A DNA stretch of 62,685 bases, filler included, from Chiloscyllium plagiosum (Eukaryota): the NCBI RefSeq assembly GCF_004010195.1. It is 5 parts of one record of this genome, joined end to end, with 100 filler letters (N's around TTAATTAATTAA, not from the genome) between each part and the next. Parts side by side here need not be neighbours in the genome. Positions count along the whole stretch, not along the records: positions 56,858 to 62,685 come from NC_057711.1; 4 more parts are not named here. One strand, 5' to 3'. A model generated the notes under the pieces. The model did no database searches and was not told the DNA's origin. It saw only the letters and a program-made list of their open reading frames with translations. Position 1 is the stretch's first letter; the number at the start of each line of letters is the position of its first letter. A program made the translations under genes and the position numbers. Positions 60,001-62,685 of this stretch are shown piece by piece.

Positions 60001-61611
60001 GACATCATGAGGTATCAATTGAGTTCCCTGCTGTCCTTTGTTTGTGATTGGGTAGATAACGATCCAAACTCAAGATGGCTCGATATCGAGGCCTCCCAGG
60101 CAAAGTGCCCTCTTATTAACCTGTTGTTCGTGGATAAGATGAGGATAGTTGTGGACCACTGCCAGAACCCTATTGTCATTAGTACAGTCAAGGCATGGAG
60201 GACGATGGATCAGAGTGAGGGTTGTTTATCGAAGACTTCGCCACTTACACCTATAGTTGGCATGCCAGGGTTCCGACCAGGGATGATGGACTCAGGATTC
60301 AAACTATGGGCGGCAAGAGGAGTTTCTAGTTTGGGAGACTTGTTTGAGGGGGAGGTTATGATGTCTTTTGAGCAACTGAGCCGCAAATAATGGTTGCCCA
60401 GCAGAGACCTTTTCCGTTTTTTTCAGGTTAGGAATTTCATCCAGAAGAAGACCATGCTTCTCACTAAGCCCTATAAACCCGATACAGAGAGGTTGTTGCT
60501 GCGTTCCACAAGCACCCTTTCAGTTAGTGCCCTCTATCGCCTGCTGGGTGGCAGGGCCTGGCAGGATATTAACCGGTTATGTGAGGTGTGGGAGCAAGAG
60601 CTAGGAGTGGAGATACCTTCTGAAACATGGGAGAACATATGGGAGAATGCTCGAAAGATTTCAATCTGTAATAGAGCATGCGCTACGCAGTTAAAGGTTC
60701 TGCACAGGGCTCATCTGGCACCAGACCATCTGGCGAAGTTTAAATAAGGGGCATCTTCAGTGTGCCCCAAATGTAAAATAAATGTAGGTACTCTTACCCA
60801 TTGCTTCTGGACATGCCACAGGCTCCATGTTTATTGGAGCGCTGTGGCGGGAGAGATAGGGAGGGTATTGAGGACTGAAGTCAAAGTAGACCTGATATCT
60901 CTCCTCTTAGCTGAAACTTTATTGCTGGAACAGCACAGCAGGTCAGGCAGCATCTAGGGAACAGAAGATTCGACGTTTCGGGCACATGCTCTTCTCTTAG
61001 GTCTACCGAATTTACCATCTTTAGATGGGCATGGGAAGAAACTACATAATATTCTTATATACTGTGCACGGAAGAACATTCTGATGAACTGGGTGTCTGA
61101 GAACCCGCCGGGCTTGCTGGGATGGCAGAAATTCCCTTGGACCTTTTTACAAACATGGTGCGCCACACAACAGACCACACAGCAGCCCTACTTGAAGTTA
61201 TTTGGATATAGATTTGTCAGTTATCTTAACTAGAGCGTTTGTTTAACCAGGATGGTTAGATTTGTCAAGCCCTGGGGCCTGGAGGGGGGGGTCTCCTGGG
61301 TTAATATGGGTATATATACAATGTTCGCTTTCCTTTGTTTGGGAGCTTTGCGCTGAGCATAGCTGTTCTGTATTCTGTGTTTTTTTGGGTTTTTTTTGCT
61401 TTGATTTATTAATTATTTACTTATTTCTTGGTGTTATTTTGCACAGTGTTAGGGTTTGTTTTGTATTATAGGGTAGGTTAGTAGTTAGTAGACAGTTGTT
61501 ATATGGTAATTTGTGTTTTTTTTATTATACTGATATTTGTTATTGATTGTATTTTTTCAATTTTTTTATATGTTTGTAAAGTTAACAAAATTTGCTAATA
61601 AATATATTTAC
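57030..61611 (+). mobile_element. L1-clade LINE: inter-ORF spacer, disrupted ORF2 (EN-RT-CCHC) and 3'UTR
   Basis: TWNIKG..DIALLQETHL (EN); KAPGPDG, SLDAEKAFD, QQGCPLSPLLF and LYADDV (RT); CPKC...LTHCFWTC. T-rich 3'UTR with AATAAA at 61597. Confidence 0.93.
60911..60988 (-). mobile_element. 78-bp PLE-terminus insertion in L1 ORF2
   Basis: TSD-like ctct(c/t)ctcttag at 60899-60910 and 60989-61000. Family-B terminal sequence truncated inside the hammerhead. Confidence 0.75.
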
Positions 61612-62685
61612 AGATCCAAGATGGCGGCGACCCAGCAAGTCTGGGTCTACAGTGCTCCTCCCAAGTCTTGGGTAAAGTGGGTCACCCACCCCACCACACT
61701 TACCAAATCATTTATAATAGCTGTTTAATTTAATTAGTTGTTTAATATCAAATTTAAACAATCTAATCTTTAGTAAAAATGGCTAAAGGGAAGGGAGCCC
61801 GCAGCTCTCAACAAGCAGGAACGCCTCCCCCACCCTCTCCAGCTGCAGCCGAGGCATCCACAGCCGCCCCAGGGGATTTACCTACAGTGGCAAGCCTTGT
61901 AGAAATGATCTCCAAACTGGGCGCGAATATCGACGATTTCATCAAAGAATCCCGAAATTGATGGGACTCACTCTCGGCCGCACTGCAGAAGCACGACCGA
62001 GACATCCAAGAAATCGAGCGCCGAGTCGGAGGGGCGGAGTTAAAGGCCGCGACCTCCGAAACTACAGCTCAATCGGCCGTGGATCAGGTCGTCAAAAAAA
62101 ATTCGTTTGCTGGGCCTTCCCGAACGGGAAGAGGAAGGCCAGCTTACAGTGATTCTCGAGCAGTGGCTGCCACATCTTTTAAATTTGGAAGCTGGATCAG
62201 GCCAGGTAAGGGTAGAATGGGCCTACTGGGTTGCAATACGCGGACCCGGCTCGAACCAGCGCCCACGCCCGGTCCTGTTCCAGCTGCAGAGCTACAAGAA
62301 GAGGCAGATACTCCTAGAAGCCTCTAGAAATCTTGGAAAAGACCCCCAAGCCATGATGTATAAAGGATCCAAGATCATGTTATTCCAGGACTTTTCCCCA
62401 GCTCTGGTCCGAAAGAGGAAGGCATTCGACGAGGCGAAGAAGCGTTTAAGGGACTTAAATATTCAGTACTCCTTGCGCTACCCAGCGACGCTATGCTTTA
62501 ACCATGAAGGATCCGTATATAACTTCGGATCGCCAGAAAAGGCTAAGGAATTCTTGGACTCTCTTAGATAAACTGTAAGACATAATGGATGTTGGTTTGC
62601 CTTTCCCCCCACTTTGGTTTATATCCTCCCCTTTTTTTTCTCTTATCTTACTGTTTAATATTATCATGGGGGGGTGGGGAGAGGG
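61612..62685 (+). mobile_element. L1-clade LINE 5' end: 5'UTR, disrupted ORF1 (61779-62571) and start of the spacer
   Basis: YY1-like CAAGATGGCGGC at 61617. ORF1p motifs LLGLPEREE, QRPRPVL, IMLFQDFSPALVRKRKAF and YSLRYPATL. Confidence 0.9.

Noticed and set aside
1..62685. CRISPR arrays, tRNA or rRNA genes
   Set aside because: No regularly spaced repeat-spacer array or rRNA-like sequence was seen. The tRNA-like boxes belong to SINE heads.

Overview
This is vertebrate genomic DNA from a gapped draft assembly. The repeat content (CR1 LINEs with an esterase ORF1, HE1-type and Deu-domain SINEs, abundant Penelope-like elements) points to a cartilaginous fish, probably a shark; that assignment is inference. 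Most of the window is nested transposon debris: CR1, Penelope-like (PLE), L1-clade, L2-like and Tigger/pogo elements. Two host-gene pieces are recognisable on the + strand. The first is a CpG-rich promoter and first coding exon (30772-31047, two hydrophobic segments, phase-0 GTAAG donor) most resembling SNX25; everything downstream is probably its long first intron. The second is an isolated 154-bp exon (5506-5659) of an RFX1/2/3 (RFX3-like) transcription factor, with intact splice sites but a premature TGA and CpG-type decay. The most striking non-genic signal is a dispersed population of minimal hammerhead-ribozyme motifs in three sequence families, carried by Penelope termini. Several of these termini are short, TSD-flanked and often fold-back insertions. 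One intact motif lies on the sense strand of the putative SNX25 intron, with its empty target site assembled next to it. An L1 3' end also runs directly into the 5' end of another L1. Family and gene names come from recalled motifs, not database searches.
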